Source: Eledone cirrhosa (lineage: Eukaryota). From it: DNA of 64,000 nt. The notes under the pieces are model-generated. The model was not told the DNA's origin. It saw nothing but the letters and a program-made list of their open reading frames with translations, and made no database searches. This document shows, in pieces, positions 38,242-52,682 of this stretch. Every line of letters begins with the position of its first letter. Position 1 is the first letter of the stretch. Both the position numbers and the translations under genes were made by a program. The stretch lies in assembly GCA_964016885.1 (NCBI GenBank), contig OZ024740.1:198276001-198340000 (forward strand), given 5' to 3'.

Positions 38242-39840
38242 GTAAGCGGGCCTTAGCAACTCCACTGAAGATGCTCTTCAGAAGCTCCTTGGCTAGCGGT
38301 GTACTACCCGGGGAGCTGAAAGAAGGCACAGTATGCCCTATCCATAAAGGAGGTAGTAGAGCGGAGGCCAAGAACTATAGGCCAGTCTCCCTGACGTCGC
38401 ATATCAGTAAGGTCATGGAGCGAGTCGTCAGAAAGAAACTAATCACTTTCCTCGAAGAAAATGACCGCCTGACTAGCACGCAACGTGGCTTCCGCCCAGG
38501 AAGAAGCTGCCTTACACAGCTGCTACATCACTACGACTGGGTACTGAGACAACTACTAGACAGCTCACATGTGGACGTGATATATCTTGACTTTGCGAAG
38601 GCCTTTCACAAGGTCGATCACGGAATGATATGTCACAAACTACACGGACTCGGCATAACTGGAAAAGTAGGTGAGTGGCTGCATGGCTTCCTAAGGGACA
38701 GAAGCCAGGCAGTCGCAGCAAATGGGGCCCTCTCAAAGGAAACACCAATAACAAGTGGAGTACCCCAGGGGACAGTCCTGGGACCACTACTGTTTTTGGT
38801 GGCTCTCTCGGACATGCCCTCTGTGGTGCATGCAACAACATCCCTCACTAGCTATGCTGATGACACTAAGGTAGCACAGGCAATCAAAAACCCGGCTGAC
38901 GCTGCCCTTTTACAGCAGGATCTGGATGCCATATACAGATGGGCGGAAGAAAACAACATGCAGTTTAATGCTGGCAAATTCCAAGCCCTACAATACAAAC
39001 CTGCAAACACAAATATAGTGGAACACAGCTACACAGGACCAGGAGGGACCGATATCCCCGTGTCAAAATCGATACGAGACCTGGGAATAGACATGAGCGA
39101 TGATGCATCTTTTTCTTCACACATCATGAAGGTGGCGACAACATGTAGACGATTCGCTGGCTGGATCTTGAGGACTTTCCTTACAAGAGATCGAGATACC
39201 ATGTTGACACTGTGGAGGACTTTTGTCCTAAGCCGCCTGGACTACTGCTCCCAGCTGTGGTCACCCCATAGTGTCAAACTAACTACGGAGCTTGAGGCAA
39301 TCCAGCGAAGCTACACCAAGAGGATTGCCAAGATGAGGGAGACAAGCTACTGGGAGAGGCTGAAGGAACTGAACCTCTACTCCTTGGAGCGAAGACGGGA
39401 GAGATACGCAGTGATCTACATGTGGAAAATCCTGGAGGGACTAGCACCAAACTTTGGCATTGGGAGCTGGACCAACCGTCGAACAGGACGTCACTGTGTG
39501 GTGCCAAAGGTCCCGTCTTCCACATCTAGAATAAGGAGCAGGTATTGCAATAGCCTGGGATTCAAGGGCCCTCAACTCTTCAACAGGCTGCCGAGGCATC
39601 TGCGAGACTTGCATGACGTGGAGGTGGATGTCTTTAAGAAACATCTCGACACCTTGTTATCCAGGATCCCGGATGAGCCCACAGCAAGACATGAGTGAAA
39701 CCTAAGGGCAGCAGCAACAAACTCCCTCCTACACCAGTGGCCAACCTATACAGGCTGGAGATAAAATGTGTAGCAACAAGGGCGGTGCCCCAGCATGGCC
39801 TCAGCCGGATGGCTGAAACAGGTAAAAGAGTAAAAGAGTA
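38242..39840 (+). mobile_element. CR1-group LINE, 5' truncated, inserted in (TA)n
   Basis: RT ORF plus short 3' UTR ending in a hairpin and (gtaaaaga) repeats; TA tracts on both sides. Confidence 0.92.
38271..39698 (+). CDS. Non-LTR reverse transcriptase (uninterrupted but N-terminally truncated ORF2)
   Basis: [66 protein letters not shown]. Confidence 0.85.
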   Translation: MLFRSSLASGVLPGELKEGTVCPIHKGGSRAEAKNYRPVSLTSHISKVMERVVRKKLITFLEENDRLTSTQRGFRPGRSCLTQLLHHYDWVLRQLLDSSHVDVIYLDFAKAFHKVDHGMICHKLHGLGITGKVGEWLHGFLRDRSQAVAANGALSKETPITSGVPQGTVLGPLLFLVALSDMPSVVHATTSLTSYADDTKVAQAIKNPADAALLQQDLDAIYRWAEENNMQFNAGKFQALQYKPANTNIVEHSYTGPGGTDIPVSKSIRDLGIDMSDDASFSSHIMKVATTCRRFAGWILRTFLTRDRDTMLTLWRTFVLSRLDYCSQLWSPHSVKLTTELEAIQRSYTKRIAKMRETSYWERLKELNLYSLERRRERYAVIYMWKILEGLAPNFGIGSWTNRRTGRHCVVPKVPSSTSRIRSRYCNSLGFKGPQLFNRLPRHLRDLHDVEVDVFKKHLDTLLSRIPDEPTARHE

Positions 39841-39855
39841 TATATATATATATGC

Positions 39856-39945
<90 letters not shown>

Positions 39946-40094
39946 GCATGTATATATATATCTCAGCCCTGCCCGTCCCCTCTATCTTTCTAATTTCTCA
40001 TTCTTTCTTCTGATGAAGGCCTAGCGTCTCAACAATATAATTAATATAAGCAGATGTCGAAACAACACTGAGGTAAGACATCAATGTACTAATA

Positions 40095-40511
40095 TAATAG
40101 TTTCTGACTTAGACACAAGACCAACAAATTTTTGGGAAGAAAAAGTCGATTGAACCGAACCGATTTAATTACTGGTATTTTATTTTATCAACCTCGTTAT
40201 GATGAAAGATAACACTAACCTTGGGGTTTGAAATCAAATGTTAAGAGCTTGTAAACTATTGGTAAGCATTTGTCCGACGCTCTAACGATTCTCCTAGCTC
40301 CTTCCCGTCCTTAATGCACTATAAAAGTTGTTTCTACTTTTGGTACAAGGCCAGTAATTACACAGTACATTACTGGTACTTTATTTTATCGACCCCGTAA
40401 GGATGAAAGGCAAAGTTAACCTCGACGAGATTTGAACTCAGACCGTAAAGGGACGTAACTATGCAAGAAAGCATGGCGTCCAACCCTCTACTGATACTGC
40501 CAATTCACCGC
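40095..40511 (-). mobile_element. Two tRNA-SINE copies (older 40095-40300, younger 40328-40511)
   Basis: SINE body match. Confidence 0.8.
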
Positions 40512-40734
40512 ACTGTATATAGTGCTAACAGTATTTAGCTTCTTTGCTTTGTAATATGCATGAATAAGCCATCCATGTGTAGTCTATACTATTTATTTCT
40601 ACCAAACTACTATCTACTCCACGTATATCTATACTACCCATGTCTATTTTACAACAGCAGTAACCAAAGAAAAAACAACAAAAATCAAGAACACACAAAC
40701 ATAAAAATAAAAAAACAAAAAAAACATACAACAC

Positions 40735-40943
40735 AATAAACCAGAAACAAATCACTTTAATCCCGAAGATAAATGATATGGTATCACTGTAAACATTAGT
40801 GCTCTCACTGCGTGTAATGTGATAAAACTAAACAAAAGAACTGAGTTGCATCTTGTATTGTCGTTGTTTGTTTGCGTCGATAGTGATCACATTGATACTG
40901 GAGTGATTTAAATATAAAAGAAGAATTCGCTATATTTAGATAT
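40735..40943 (+). repeat. Diverged direct duplication of 42368-42587
   Basis: Shared blocks cactttaatc..tcactgcgt..gatagtgatcacattgata..tatatttagatat. Confidence 0.8.
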
Positions 40944-40959
40944 GATTGGCACCGAATTG

Positions 40960-41105
40960 GTACAGTCGACAGAACTTCGGATAAAATGTTTTACGGTATT
41001 CGTTTCAGTTCTCTGCACTCTGAGTTCGAATCCCCCTGAGGTCAACTTTGCCTTTCATTTATTCGAGTTCGACAAAAAAGCGCCTATCTAGTATTGGGGT
41101 CGATT
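40960..41105 (+). mobile_element. Old tRNA-SINE
   Basis: ctctgagttcgaatccc..gaggtcaactttgcctttcat. Confidence 0.7.
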
Positions 41106-41505
41106 CTTCTATATCTTTTTCTCACATCCATTCTCTCACTTTCTATCCTTCTCGGGAAGAATCTGCTGCATTCAGACCTGGGGAGGAGATGGGCCCCGAC
41201 ATGTTTAAAAATGCCCTTGGAACCCATATAGCAATAGGATAGCCCTACTACTCCCTCAGGAATTACGGGACAATGTATACATATTTAGATATGAACGACA
41301 CCCGGATTTCATACCTTAGACAGTGGTGCAATAAGTAGCAAACGAGGAAATTATAAAAAGAAGTGTCTCTCCAGGGTAAATGAACTTGCTAGAAAAAGCG
41401 GCTAAATCTCTCTCTAGCAGCACTATAGCGTCTCACGTATAGAAAAGACTGCATGACGAACTACATCAATCATATGTATATGTTTAATCGGGATTGACAT
41501 TGATT

Positions 41506-41730
41506 TAACCCTTTAGTGTTTACATTACTCTATATATACTATTGTATTTTTGTGGTAAAAGCTTTACCTCACATAATATCTCACATAATTCCAAATCTAC
41601 GAGATTTTGATGTTATTTATTTTGAGAAAAATACCGTAACATCATAATGAGAGGCCAGTTATGGCGAGTTTGAACAGAAAGAGGTGAGAAAATTCTGGCC
41701 GGATATGGCCGGTTTAAATTCTAGAGAGTA
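41506..41730. mobile_element. piggyBac-like MITE, decayed
   Basis: TTAA-ccctttag start; tttaaattctagagag end resembles an inverted terminus. Confidence 0.45.
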
Positions 41731-41998
41731 CTCCTCACCACTGACACCGCAAGCGCCACGCATAACAAGAGCAACAACAGCAATACCAATAACGACAAAA
41801 CAGACAGAATCGTTAAACTGGTGGAGTCAACTGTGGATGTCATCATTTTGAGGTTGATAAATAGCGTAAAATTCAAATGACGGGGTCGACATTTAATTCC
41901 TCCCAACACATTGTTAGCATTGTGCCAACATTAGAACCCAGAATCATTACCACAAAAATAATCCCCCCCCCCTACTACTACTGCTGCTGCTACTGCTG

Positions 41999-42029
<31 letters not shown>

Positions 42030-42940
42030 CACCACCACTACTACTACTACCACCACCGCCACAAACACCACGACCAACACCGCCATCACAACCACCATCA
42101 CCAACACTACTACTACTACTACTACTAATAATAATAATAACAATAATAATACTAGTACCACCACCACCACCAACACCACCACTACTACTACGAGCACTGT
42201 TGCTGCTGAATTTACAACATTTTAAAATGGAATAATGACCCTGATGTCTCAGTTATTCTGGAAAGATAAGGAAAGTGTTACATCAGTGTTATGACAAGAC
42301 GTGAAACTACAAGTGCAAAAAACCCCTACAAAAATATACAAACTAAATCACTAAAATATACAACACCATAAACCACGAGTAAAACACTTTAATCACCAAG
42401 ATAAGTGATATCGAGATCATTGTAAACATTGGTGCTATCACTGCGTATAATGTGATAAAATTGAACAAATGAATCTGAACCAGGGTTTCATTTTGCAGTT
42501 TTTTTGTTTGTTTGTTTGCAGCGATAGTGATCACATTGATAGTGGAGTGATTTAAATTTAGAAGAAGAATTTGTTATATTTAGATATCGAATGCAGGAAC
42601 TTCATACAGATAGCATCAAAGAAGACACAGCACTGCTATCGGATTTATTTCACAAGTGCACCGTAAACTAACGAAAGAACAAAATCCATGGAAAATGCAC
42701 ACGTATACACACAGACACACATATATATATACACACACACACACATACACATACATACATATATATGTATATATGTATATATTTACATATCTATCTATAT
42801 GTATATATATATATATATGTATATATATGTATATCGATCTATTTATATATCTATATATATATATATATATATATACATTCACACGTTATTTAGATTTACT
42901 AGAAGATACAATGCACGTCCACACACACGTCCACATACAC

Positions 42941-43108
42941 GTCTACACATACACGTCTACACATACACGTCTACACATACACGTCTACACATACACGTCT
43001 ACACATACACGTCTACACATACACGTCTACACATACACGTCTACACATACACGTCTACACATACACGTCTACACATACACGTCTACACATACACGTCTAC
43101 ACATACAC
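42941..43108. repeat. Perfect 14-bp minisatellite (gtctacacatacac)x12
   Basis: Direct inspection. Confidence 0.95.
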
Positions 43109-43189
43109 ACTTTATTTCACGTAGATCAAGTTCGCTCAACGGTAGAAATAAGTTGCGACGTCACTGGTCCCGTTATTATGGTCCGTACT

Positions 43190-43525
43190 CAATCTCCCGC
43201 AATGTCCTTTTATACACGCTTCAGTCCTTTTCGAAGCAATTCCAGGCTCTCTTTCTAGAAGGTGCTATTAACTGTGTGTCCTGGATGTGAATATCCTTTG
43301 TGAACAAAACGACGGCTATCGAAGGAAATGAAAATCATCCTTTTTACACTGGAGTTGCTCATACGTGCTATCTTTGGTCTAAGAGAAATTTTCGTGTGTC
43401 AATCCTCACGTTGCCGCTTTGTTTCTGGATCTCACTCGAACACCCGTGATTCATCTCCTGCTATTATCTTATCCAAGAAATTGGGATCAATTTCTAGTCT
43501 TTCTAGCAAATCCTGACAAGATTCC
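43190..43525 (-). pseudogene. Mariner transposase fragment
   Basis: Manual translation: CQDLLERLEIDPNFLDKIIAGDESRVFE*DPETKRQ..RPKIARMS..FD..VH..PGHTVN..; several stops. Confidence 0.88.
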
Positions 43526-43553
43526 AACCTGTTCGCATTATGCCCGTATGTAT

Positions 43554-43626
<73 letters not shown>

Positions 43627-43734
43627 ATATATAAGATCAAAAGATGGTTAAATGAGTTCCATACAATTTATTATGCGCATTTCAAAAATGCGATATCTGC
43701 ATTGCTTTATTGTACTACAATAAAACTCACCTCC

Positions 43735-43810
<76 letters not shown>

Positions 43811-43906
43811 GATATATACAGTATATGTACATATAAAGATATATACATACATATATCAGTTTGTCTTAAATATATATACATACACATACACATATACATA
43901 TATATA

Positions 43907-44100
<194 letters not shown>

Positions 44101-44135
44101 AATATATATATATATACAAATATATATATAAACTT

Positions 44136-44800
44136 TCGCTCTACATGACTGAATACAATACATGTGATCTGAATTTCTCGAATGTTAATAATAATATTCG
44201 ATTCGTTTGCAGTTATGCAAGTTGGCAGATGAACAGTGAACTGTACTGATGAAAGGTAATACCCGAAACATTGGTGTCTGCAGTTCTGTTTACACGCCAA
44301 CACAAGCAAGGATGAAGAGCTCATTCTACTGACATGGCTTTAAAAATGAGGCTTGTTTGCATAATTGCAAACGAATCGAATATTTTTCGAAAAACTCAGA
44401 TTACATTTATTGTATTCAGCCATGTAGAGCGATGATTTTTTAAAAATTTGAATACAGGAAACTAACTGGCCACTCTGCTGATATGCAAATCTGGCTGATC
44501 AGTGGATCTGCTAATATGCAGATCTGACTGATCAGCTAGTCTGCAAATCTGGTCGATCAGTCACTATATATTTTAGAAAATATCATATATTTTCACTAGC
44601 TCTGACAGTTTGGTAGGTGAACAGTGAGCTGGGTAATACCCAGAAATATTAGTGCCTGCAGTTCTGTTTACATGCCAACACAAGAGCAATAATGAGGGGC
44701 TCATTCTACTGACATGCCTTAAAAATAAGGCTGTTTGCATAATTGAAAACGAATCGAATATTATTATTAATGTTCGAAAAACTCAGATTATATTTATTAT
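44136..44800 (+). mobile_element. Retrozyme-like element: inverted head (44136-44220) + 388-nt redundant unit
   Basis: gaacagtga at 44231 and 44619; head is the reverse complement of 44357-44432. Confidence 0.75.
44238..44286 (+). ncRNA. Type I hammerhead ribozyme
   Basis: gaactgta-CTGATGA-aagg(taata)ccc-GAAA-ca(ttgg)tg-TC-tgcagttc. Confidence 0.85.
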
Positions 44801-44827
44801 AAATGTATATATTTATATATATATGAT

Positions 44828-44913
<86 letters not shown>

Positions 44914-45409
44914 ATATTGTTATACATGGGGAGGGCCATATTGTTGTAATAATATTGCCAGAAATAATAACAGAACACACTCACTGTTTGGTTGGTTTTC
45001 GCTTCTGTATCTTTGATATCTCCAAGGTTAATTTATTTGGCAATCAATGTTTATCATTGATTGAGCAGCGGTGAAAAATACAGCTATAAATATATATATA
45101 TAGTCTCTCAAAGGTCTTTCGTTGCACATCTGCAACATCATCAGTGGTAGTACTATGTTTCCTCCTATTGTATGTCTACGCCATTTTTATTTTTATTTAT
45201 TTATTTATTCTTGTCTCTGTCACTGCGCATGAGTTTGCGTGTGTGTACAATATTTGTTGTGTGTGTTCGCGTTTGAGTGTATGTGTTTTTGTTTTCGTAT
45301 TCTATTTTTGTTCACTTATGTTTGTTTATATGTGTCTATTGTTATTGTACTTGTGTATATATTTATTTATTTATATTTCCCTTAAGTCAGTTTTGATTGT
45401 TGCTGTTAT

Positions 45410-45700
45410 TCCATTCGGTCTTACTGTTCAACTTCGGTCTTCTTAGTTCTATCTCAGTACTTCTCTGATCTATCTGTTGAGTCCTTTCTATGTTTAGATA
45501 TTATTTTCATTTCCAGGTTGTCTATGTTACCGTCATGTTGTCGTCTGGCGTGTTCGTATGGTACTGAACCGTTTTTTTTTTTCCTTTACCCCAAGTGTTG
45601 GTATTTTCTTTCTCCTATGATTCGAGCTGTCTCACCTATGTATGTTGTTTCTGAAAGTACCCTCTGTGCTATAGACTACATTTCTAGCTTTACAGTTTAT
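45410..45700 (-). pseudogene. PLE GIY-YIG endonuclease remnant followed by pLTR (to ~44915)
   Basis: NCKARNVVY..TYIGETARIIGERKYQH..EHARRQH..MKIISKH..RPKLNSKTEW. Confidence 0.8.
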
Positions 45701-45821
45701 CTGGGCGTTCATTTTACATATAATACATATCTTAAATATATATTTCATACGAATGAAATAGTTTTAGTTCCCCTTCACTAAAAAACAAACAAACACACAC
45801 GCTCACACGCTCACACACGCA

Positions 45822-45948
<127 letters not shown>

Positions 45949-46137
45949 ATATATATATATGTGTGTGTGTATCTGTGCGGGTATATATGTGTGCTTATAT
46001 GTATAAGCATATATAAATAGACGAATATTTATCTGTCTATTTAACAGTCTATGTATCTCTGTCTCAGACTCCTCACTCTCTACCTATATATATATATATA
46101 CACACACACAGACATATATATATTGTATATATATATA

Positions 46138-46179
<42 letters not shown>

Positions 46180-46767
46180 TTATGTAACATAAAAGCAATG
46201 TTAAATTATATATAAAAATCTGAGAGAAGTAATGACATATTTTTTTCATAAATGGGAGTAGAGATGATGTGAACAACATGGTATTTAATGATAATACATC
46301 TAAAACTTGTTAGGTTTTGTTGATACAGAGAATACTTTAAAACATACCAATGCTTACATTTTCTATGATATATGTAAACATATTCAAATACAAAGGAGTA
46401 GACTTCCAACATTCTAACTGATAGATGATAGAAGTTTATTTAAATCAGTTATCAAAAGAAATTTCCAGAAATAGATATATACCAACGAAAGTGGTAATTA
46501 GTTTAGTCTAAGAGAGACGCTGTATATTTATTTTAAAATAACGGTTACTCTGTTTTTAATAACAAACTGTTGCTGTTTATAATAGTGTTATGGTGGGAAG
46601 CGTTCTTTTTTTTGGCGCCTATATCATTGCATCTATAAGAGATTGCATTATATTAGAGAATTGAACAACGTGTATATATTACCCCTTCCCATATATATAT
46701 ATATATACAGAGAGAGAGAGAGAGGGAGAGAGAGAGAGAGAGAGATTGAGAGAGAGAGAGAGAGATT

Positions 46768-46912
<145 letters not shown>

Positions 46913-46995
46913 GTGTGCTCTAGCACGGAAATGATTTAAAATAACTTATAAAGTGCGGTAAAGACTATTTTAAGAGGGAAAAGGAAGTGGCTAAC

Positions 46996-47068
46996 GGCCC
47001 CTATGAGGAATTGAACCCCATATCTCCCAAATATCGGCTAGGCGCTTTAGGACATTAAGCAAAGGGAA
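46996..47068 (-). pseudogene. tRNA-like cloverleaf (anticodon GAT); tRNA pseudogene or SINE head
   Basis: D stem gctt/aagc, anticodon stem cctag/ttggg, T loop ttcaatt; acceptor stem mismatched. Confidence 0.6.
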
Positions 47069-47264
47069 TGGAATAATTTACACCGCCTTAAATTAGATTT
47101 AAAGATTTCTCTATGATATATATATATATATATATATATAATTTAAGGTTCTACTAATTCTATATCACTATCTTGACCCTCACTATCTCCTGATTGGTCA
47201 ATTCAAAACCTGTTCCCAAACAGACCTATTGTATTGAATCTTTGTTCTTATCAATAAACAAGTA

Positions 47265-47406
47265 TCATTATTTCTGAAGACAGCATATATATGTGTAGGT
47301 ATGTATATTCCCTCTGATAGTTTGTATAAATATTGTACATGGATCTATAGAATATGCATACCAACTCTAACACATATATATCCTAGAAACGATCGTAAAA
47401 TAATGA
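47265..47406 (+). ncRNA. Type I hammerhead ribozyme with long stem II (element 47140-47460)
   Basis: tcattattt-CTGAAGA-..atatatatgtgt/acacatatatat..-GAAA-cgatcg-TA-aaataatga. Confidence 0.88.
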
Positions 47407-47902
47407 AATTTTTTTTAATATAAGGAACTGTTTCTTTGTTTATTCATTATTTTTTTAATAATTTATATATATATATATATATATATATACTCGCTACTAT
47501 ATTGTTATATAATGGATGATCGCATTTAAATCCGTTAACGGTTCGTGGCACTACCATTGTTACCATCGCTTTCCTCTAGCCATGGGGCTTGGAGACATGA
47601 ACTGAATGCTACGGTTCTATTTTATATCAATGTGAATTGCTATTTCTAATAGCCATCTTTTCACCCCTTGATAATTTGTGTGTGAGACACGTTGGCTGAG
47701 GGCTTCTGACAGGAACTAAAAAATTGATCCTTTTTAATTTTCCACCCTACGTAAAATTTGTAAATCAGTGGCTAGTTGAGAGATAGAGTCCTATCAGTTG
47801 CCAGTTAATCGCTTTACCGTGTCGGTTGTCACAAATAGTCATGACCGGCATGAGCCGGTGTTTGGATTCTGTCAATCGATTGGTTATTGATTAGGCGATA
47901 CC

Positions 47903-48010
47903 CGCTGATGAAGCCGCATAAGCCGATTGTGCATTGTTGCATAACATATGCAGACAGATGCTGCAGTGCACCTTACTGCTGCATTAGTGCGGCAGAAACT
48001 CGAGTCCGTG
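47903..48010 (+). ncRNA. Type I hammerhead ribozyme (element 47490-48085)
   Basis: cg-CTGATGA-a-gccgca..tgcggc-a-GAAA-ctcgag-TC-cg. Confidence 0.75.
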
Positions 48011-48086
48011 AACCTTATAGGCACCCGTTGCGCTGAGATACAACCGGTACTGGCATTGATAAATATGCTGAATCTGTCAACCCTTA

Positions 48087-48087
<1 letters not shown>

Positions 48088-48118
<31 letters not shown>

Positions 48119-48236
48119 ATATATATATATTATATATATACATGTATATATATATATATATATACATGTATATATATATATATATATATACATGTATATA
48201 TATATATATATACATGTATATATATATATATACATG

Positions 48237-48305
<69 letters not shown>

Positions 48306-48354
48306 ATATATATATACATGTATATATACATATGTATATATATATATATGTATA

Positions 48355-48410
<56 letters not shown>

Positions 48411-48436
48411 TATATATGTTTTTATATATATGTATA

Positions 48437-48503
<67 letters not shown>

Positions 48504-48524
48504 TCATATATATATGTTTGTATA

Positions 48525-48579
<55 letters not shown>

Positions 48580-48580
48580 G

Positions 48581-48611
<31 letters not shown>

Positions 48612-48678
48612 TCATATATATATATATTCATATATATATATATGTATATATACAAATATATATATATATATATACATA

Positions 48679-48716
<38 letters not shown>

Positions 48717-48736
48717 CATATATATATGTTTGTATA

Positions 48737-48791
<55 letters not shown>

Positions 48792-48836
48792 TCATATATA
48801 TATATATTCATATATATATATATGTATATATACAAA

Positions 48837-48886
<50 letters not shown>

Positions 48887-48910
48887 TATATTTATATATA
48901 TATATATGTT
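48088..48910. repeat. ~820-bp interrupted (TA)n tract
   Basis: Direct inspection. Confidence 0.95.
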
Positions 48911-49151
48911 TACACTTTATAATAAATATATATATATACTATTACAAAATACTCGCACACACACACACACATTCGATAGATAGATATGAAAATATAAATG
49001 TACATAACACATAATTATCCTTACGAAAATATATGCGCACTCGTATGTATGAGGGACATTGTTTTTTGCAGATAAGTAAGTAAAGGAAGTTATATCTGTA
49101 ACAACAGAGTTATCTAAAGTGCTACGTGGGGATGAGACCAAGGTTCATTAT

Positions 49152-49312
49152 TCGGACGCCCTGCTTTGTAGCATAGAGTTACGTGCGTTTACGGTCTGAG
49201 TTCAAATTACGCCGAGGTTAACTTTGCCTTTCATCCTTAAGGGGTCGATAAAATAAAGGATCAGTAATACACTTGCATAATTGCTGGCCTTGCGCCAAAC
49301 CTAGAAACAATT
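49152..49312 (+). mobile_element. tRNA-SINE, slightly 5' truncated
   Basis: SINE body match. Confidence 0.85.
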
Positions 49313-49593
49313 ATTTAGAGTCAGGTGCATTCAAATTCTTCCAAGTATGTTACTGACTTATGAAAACAGTGTTGAAAATACTAATGCGATAACAGCGTTG
49401 TCTTTTAATGCTATACCGTATTATACAATGTATGTATAGATCTTCAATGAATAATTTATATATAGATAGATTATACCCATGTATGTAGAGACAACATCTT
49501 CATGGATAGAGAAGAAGGGTAAGCCGGTTTAGTTGGCACAAAGATTTCATCATACCGAGCGACAGATAAAAGGCACAGAGAGAGGGGGGCAGA

Positions 49594-49711
<118 letters not shown>

Positions 49712-50210
49712 GAACTTTAGCTGGCCACAAAAACTGCCTCCGTAAATCAACTATTAGTAGTGGCCGCAGTAAATTTGATGAATCAATTTGCATGTGTTGA
49801 ACCTTCGGTGATCCGGATGACAAATGTGCCAGTTGTTTGATCAACATGACAGCCTACGTGTACAATTTATATGCACAGACACGTGTATGACAAAGTAAGC
49901 CTTTCGATTTACGTGTAGAGCTCATCTTTTTCAGCGGAGTGGTCAGGAGCAGTGAAAAATAAAGTCTCCGACTCAAAGAAATGCGCACCCCTAGGAATCA
50001 AACTCATGAGTCATAATCCAAAGCTAACCAGTAAGTCACGAGCTTTCGCTGCAATTTACATAGTTAAACACCGACAGACATAAGTATCCTTTTCAATTCG
50101 GATATGTGTTAGATTTTTCCACGAACACAGTTAGAAACTTACTTAGTAACTGAAGTATCAACTTTATAAAATCTGAGCTGGAAGTATCAAAATTATATAT
50201 CATCTATTTA

Positions 50211-50360
50211 GGGTGGTGGATTGGCAGCATCGTAGAGCGTCGAACAGGCTTTGTGTCATTTAGTTACACCCCTTTATGTTCATAGTTTAAATCCTACAGA
50301 ATCTTATAGGGTCGATGAAATAAAATGCCAGTAACGCACTGAGTCAATTTATTCGACTTT
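50211..50360 (+). mobile_element. Old tRNA-SINE
   Basis: ggtggattggcagcatcgtagagcgtcg..gggtcgatgaaataa. Confidence 0.7.
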
Positions 50361-50428
50361 TAGCTATCGACTATTAGCTATTTATTCTATTAAAGGTATT
50401 GAGTTCTCTTGTTACACACACACACACA

Positions 50429-50473
<45 letters not shown>

Positions 50474-50504
50474 ACACACACACACACGCACGCACGCACG
50501 CACA

Positions 50505-50552
<48 letters not shown>

Positions 50553-51309
50553 AACACACACACACACACTCATATCTTTATTTATATGTATTCTTCTGGT
50601 TGTATCTATGAATATGAACATATTTGAGTCCTGTTACTAACTTTATTAAATTGTATTTAAGTATACAAGTGAATGTACTTTAATACAAAGACATTCCGTA
50701 AAACTATTGTCGTACAATAAATGAATTTGATATATGTCAGAAGTGACTGAATGTTTGTCGTGCAGGCATGCATCGTAGAAAGACAACCCGTCATTTTTCT
50801 GGCAATCACAGTAGCGTAATTTAATTTCACCTGAACCATATAACCTCAACTAATTCAACAACTTTATCAAGTCGTGATATGTAGTCTAGCTATAGTCTAT
50901 TGAATTAATCCGTCTAGGTAACTGATTCCGCGCTGACATTTCTACGTGTGAATTTATATGTAAAAGGTTTCGTGAATGTACAATATTCTGCACCTACCAG
51001 GAAAATCGACGTCTTTACTATACTTCTTCATCCCCTTTAGCTTTAGTAGTGTTCAATTAAAGTGAGTGTATATGTGAAATGTATTGGGAAGAAATTATTT
51101 GAAATAGAAACTAATGATGAACGAAATCAACATACACTTGCTTATAACAATACTTCATTCTATCAACACTGTTACATACACATACATACACACGCACAAC
51201 AGGTACATGCATGCATACACAATACACAATTCAAACATACACAATTCAAACATACAAAATGTCTGATTGTATACAAATGTGATTTTTATAAAAAATGTTT
51301 TCCATTTCT

Positions 51310-51640
51310 TCCTCATACTTATGGTCATGAATCTTGGGTAATGACCGAAAATATACGATTGTGACTACAGGCGGCTGTAATGGGGTTTCTCTGAAGGGTC
51401 TCTGAAATAATATTACTCGACAGAATGCGTAGCTCGAAGATCAGAGAATCGCTACTGGTAGAGCAGTTACTTCTCCGAATTGAGAGATCACAGCTCCAAT
51501 ATTATGGACATATGGTCAGAATGTCTCAGGAAGGAATCGCTGTACAGATTTTACGGGCAAAACCAGCCGGCACGAGACCCAGGGGTAGACCGCTATCAGG
51601 TTCATTGGATAACAACCATGAGCTCGGCTGTTCTCGAACA
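51310..51640 (+). mobile_element. RTE-clade LINE 3' fragment
   Basis: TYGHESWVMT..LQAA.MGFL.R..DRMRSSKIRE.L..IERSQL.YYGHMVRM..RPRGRP. Confidence 0.85.
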
Positions 51641-52595
51641 ATATCTACACTATTGCTATTCTGTTAGTCAAAGAACTGGGACAGTAAACAGCACAAATGG
51701 CCGATATCCGCATAATTCAATTCAAACGCTAATAAACTTGTATCATCTCCATTACATGTTTGACTAACATTTAACCAATGATACTTATAACCAAGGGAAA
51801 TCGGTCACTTGGCCATATAAAAGCATCGTTGTGAAACCTCGAATATATGGTGAATGTACAAACATGTGATTGACTGGTTACATCAGGCGATAGTTAGTTC
51901 ATCAATATGCCAAAACCACATTGAGATAGATGTTAAAAGGAGGAAAGAGAAGCCAATGTAGACCTTGGGACACCTGACGTCGAAACCTTCAGGACTGGAG
52001 GAATGTCAAATATCATGTTTTCATGACAGTGTAATGAACTATCTGAGTGACTGTTATAATACGACAGTGGAATTTGACTGACTGTTGCATAAGGATGAGG
52101 ATAGTTAAGAGTTCAGTAAATCTAAATATATACAAGTAATCCCGAAGTCCTGTAAAGATATAGCGATTGTAAACACAGACTTCAAAGTCTGAAAGTGCAT
52201 AGCTTAGTGGTTAGGATGTTCTTAAGGCAATGAGTTCAATTTCGGGAAGCGTATTGTGTCCGTCAGAAAAAAAAACATTATTTGAAGTTGCTTTACTTCA
52301 TTCAGCTTACAAATTTGTGTCGTACATGTCACAGACTGTGTCACAATCTCCCGAGAGCGATGTTATAGCAGCATGAGTATGTGTTATACACCTTTATTTA
52401 ACGAGAAACCGGTTACGTTGATCGAATAAATGGGACATTTCTCGTCGCAACAGATGATTGTCCAACGAATATAACACAAAGCAAAACAAAAAAATGTAAT
52501 CAATTTTGATTGCGTCTGAACTAGTCGATTCAAAAGAATGACTACTCATCGGAAATATTTCTGATGAGCTGTCAAATACGGAATAGATATTCATC

Positions 52596-52682
<87 letters not shown>

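Noticed and set aside
40005-40080. CTGATGA...GAAAC hammerhead candidate
   Set aside because: Stems I and II pair poorly
42941-43108. Regular repeats as a CRISPR array or repeat protein
   Set aside because: No spacers; a simple minisatellite in eukaryotic DNA
47948-49014. Long ORFs (324, 290, 263 aa) and the many other YI/HT/CV/RE/LS ORFs
   Set aside because: Translations of microsatellites that lack stop codons
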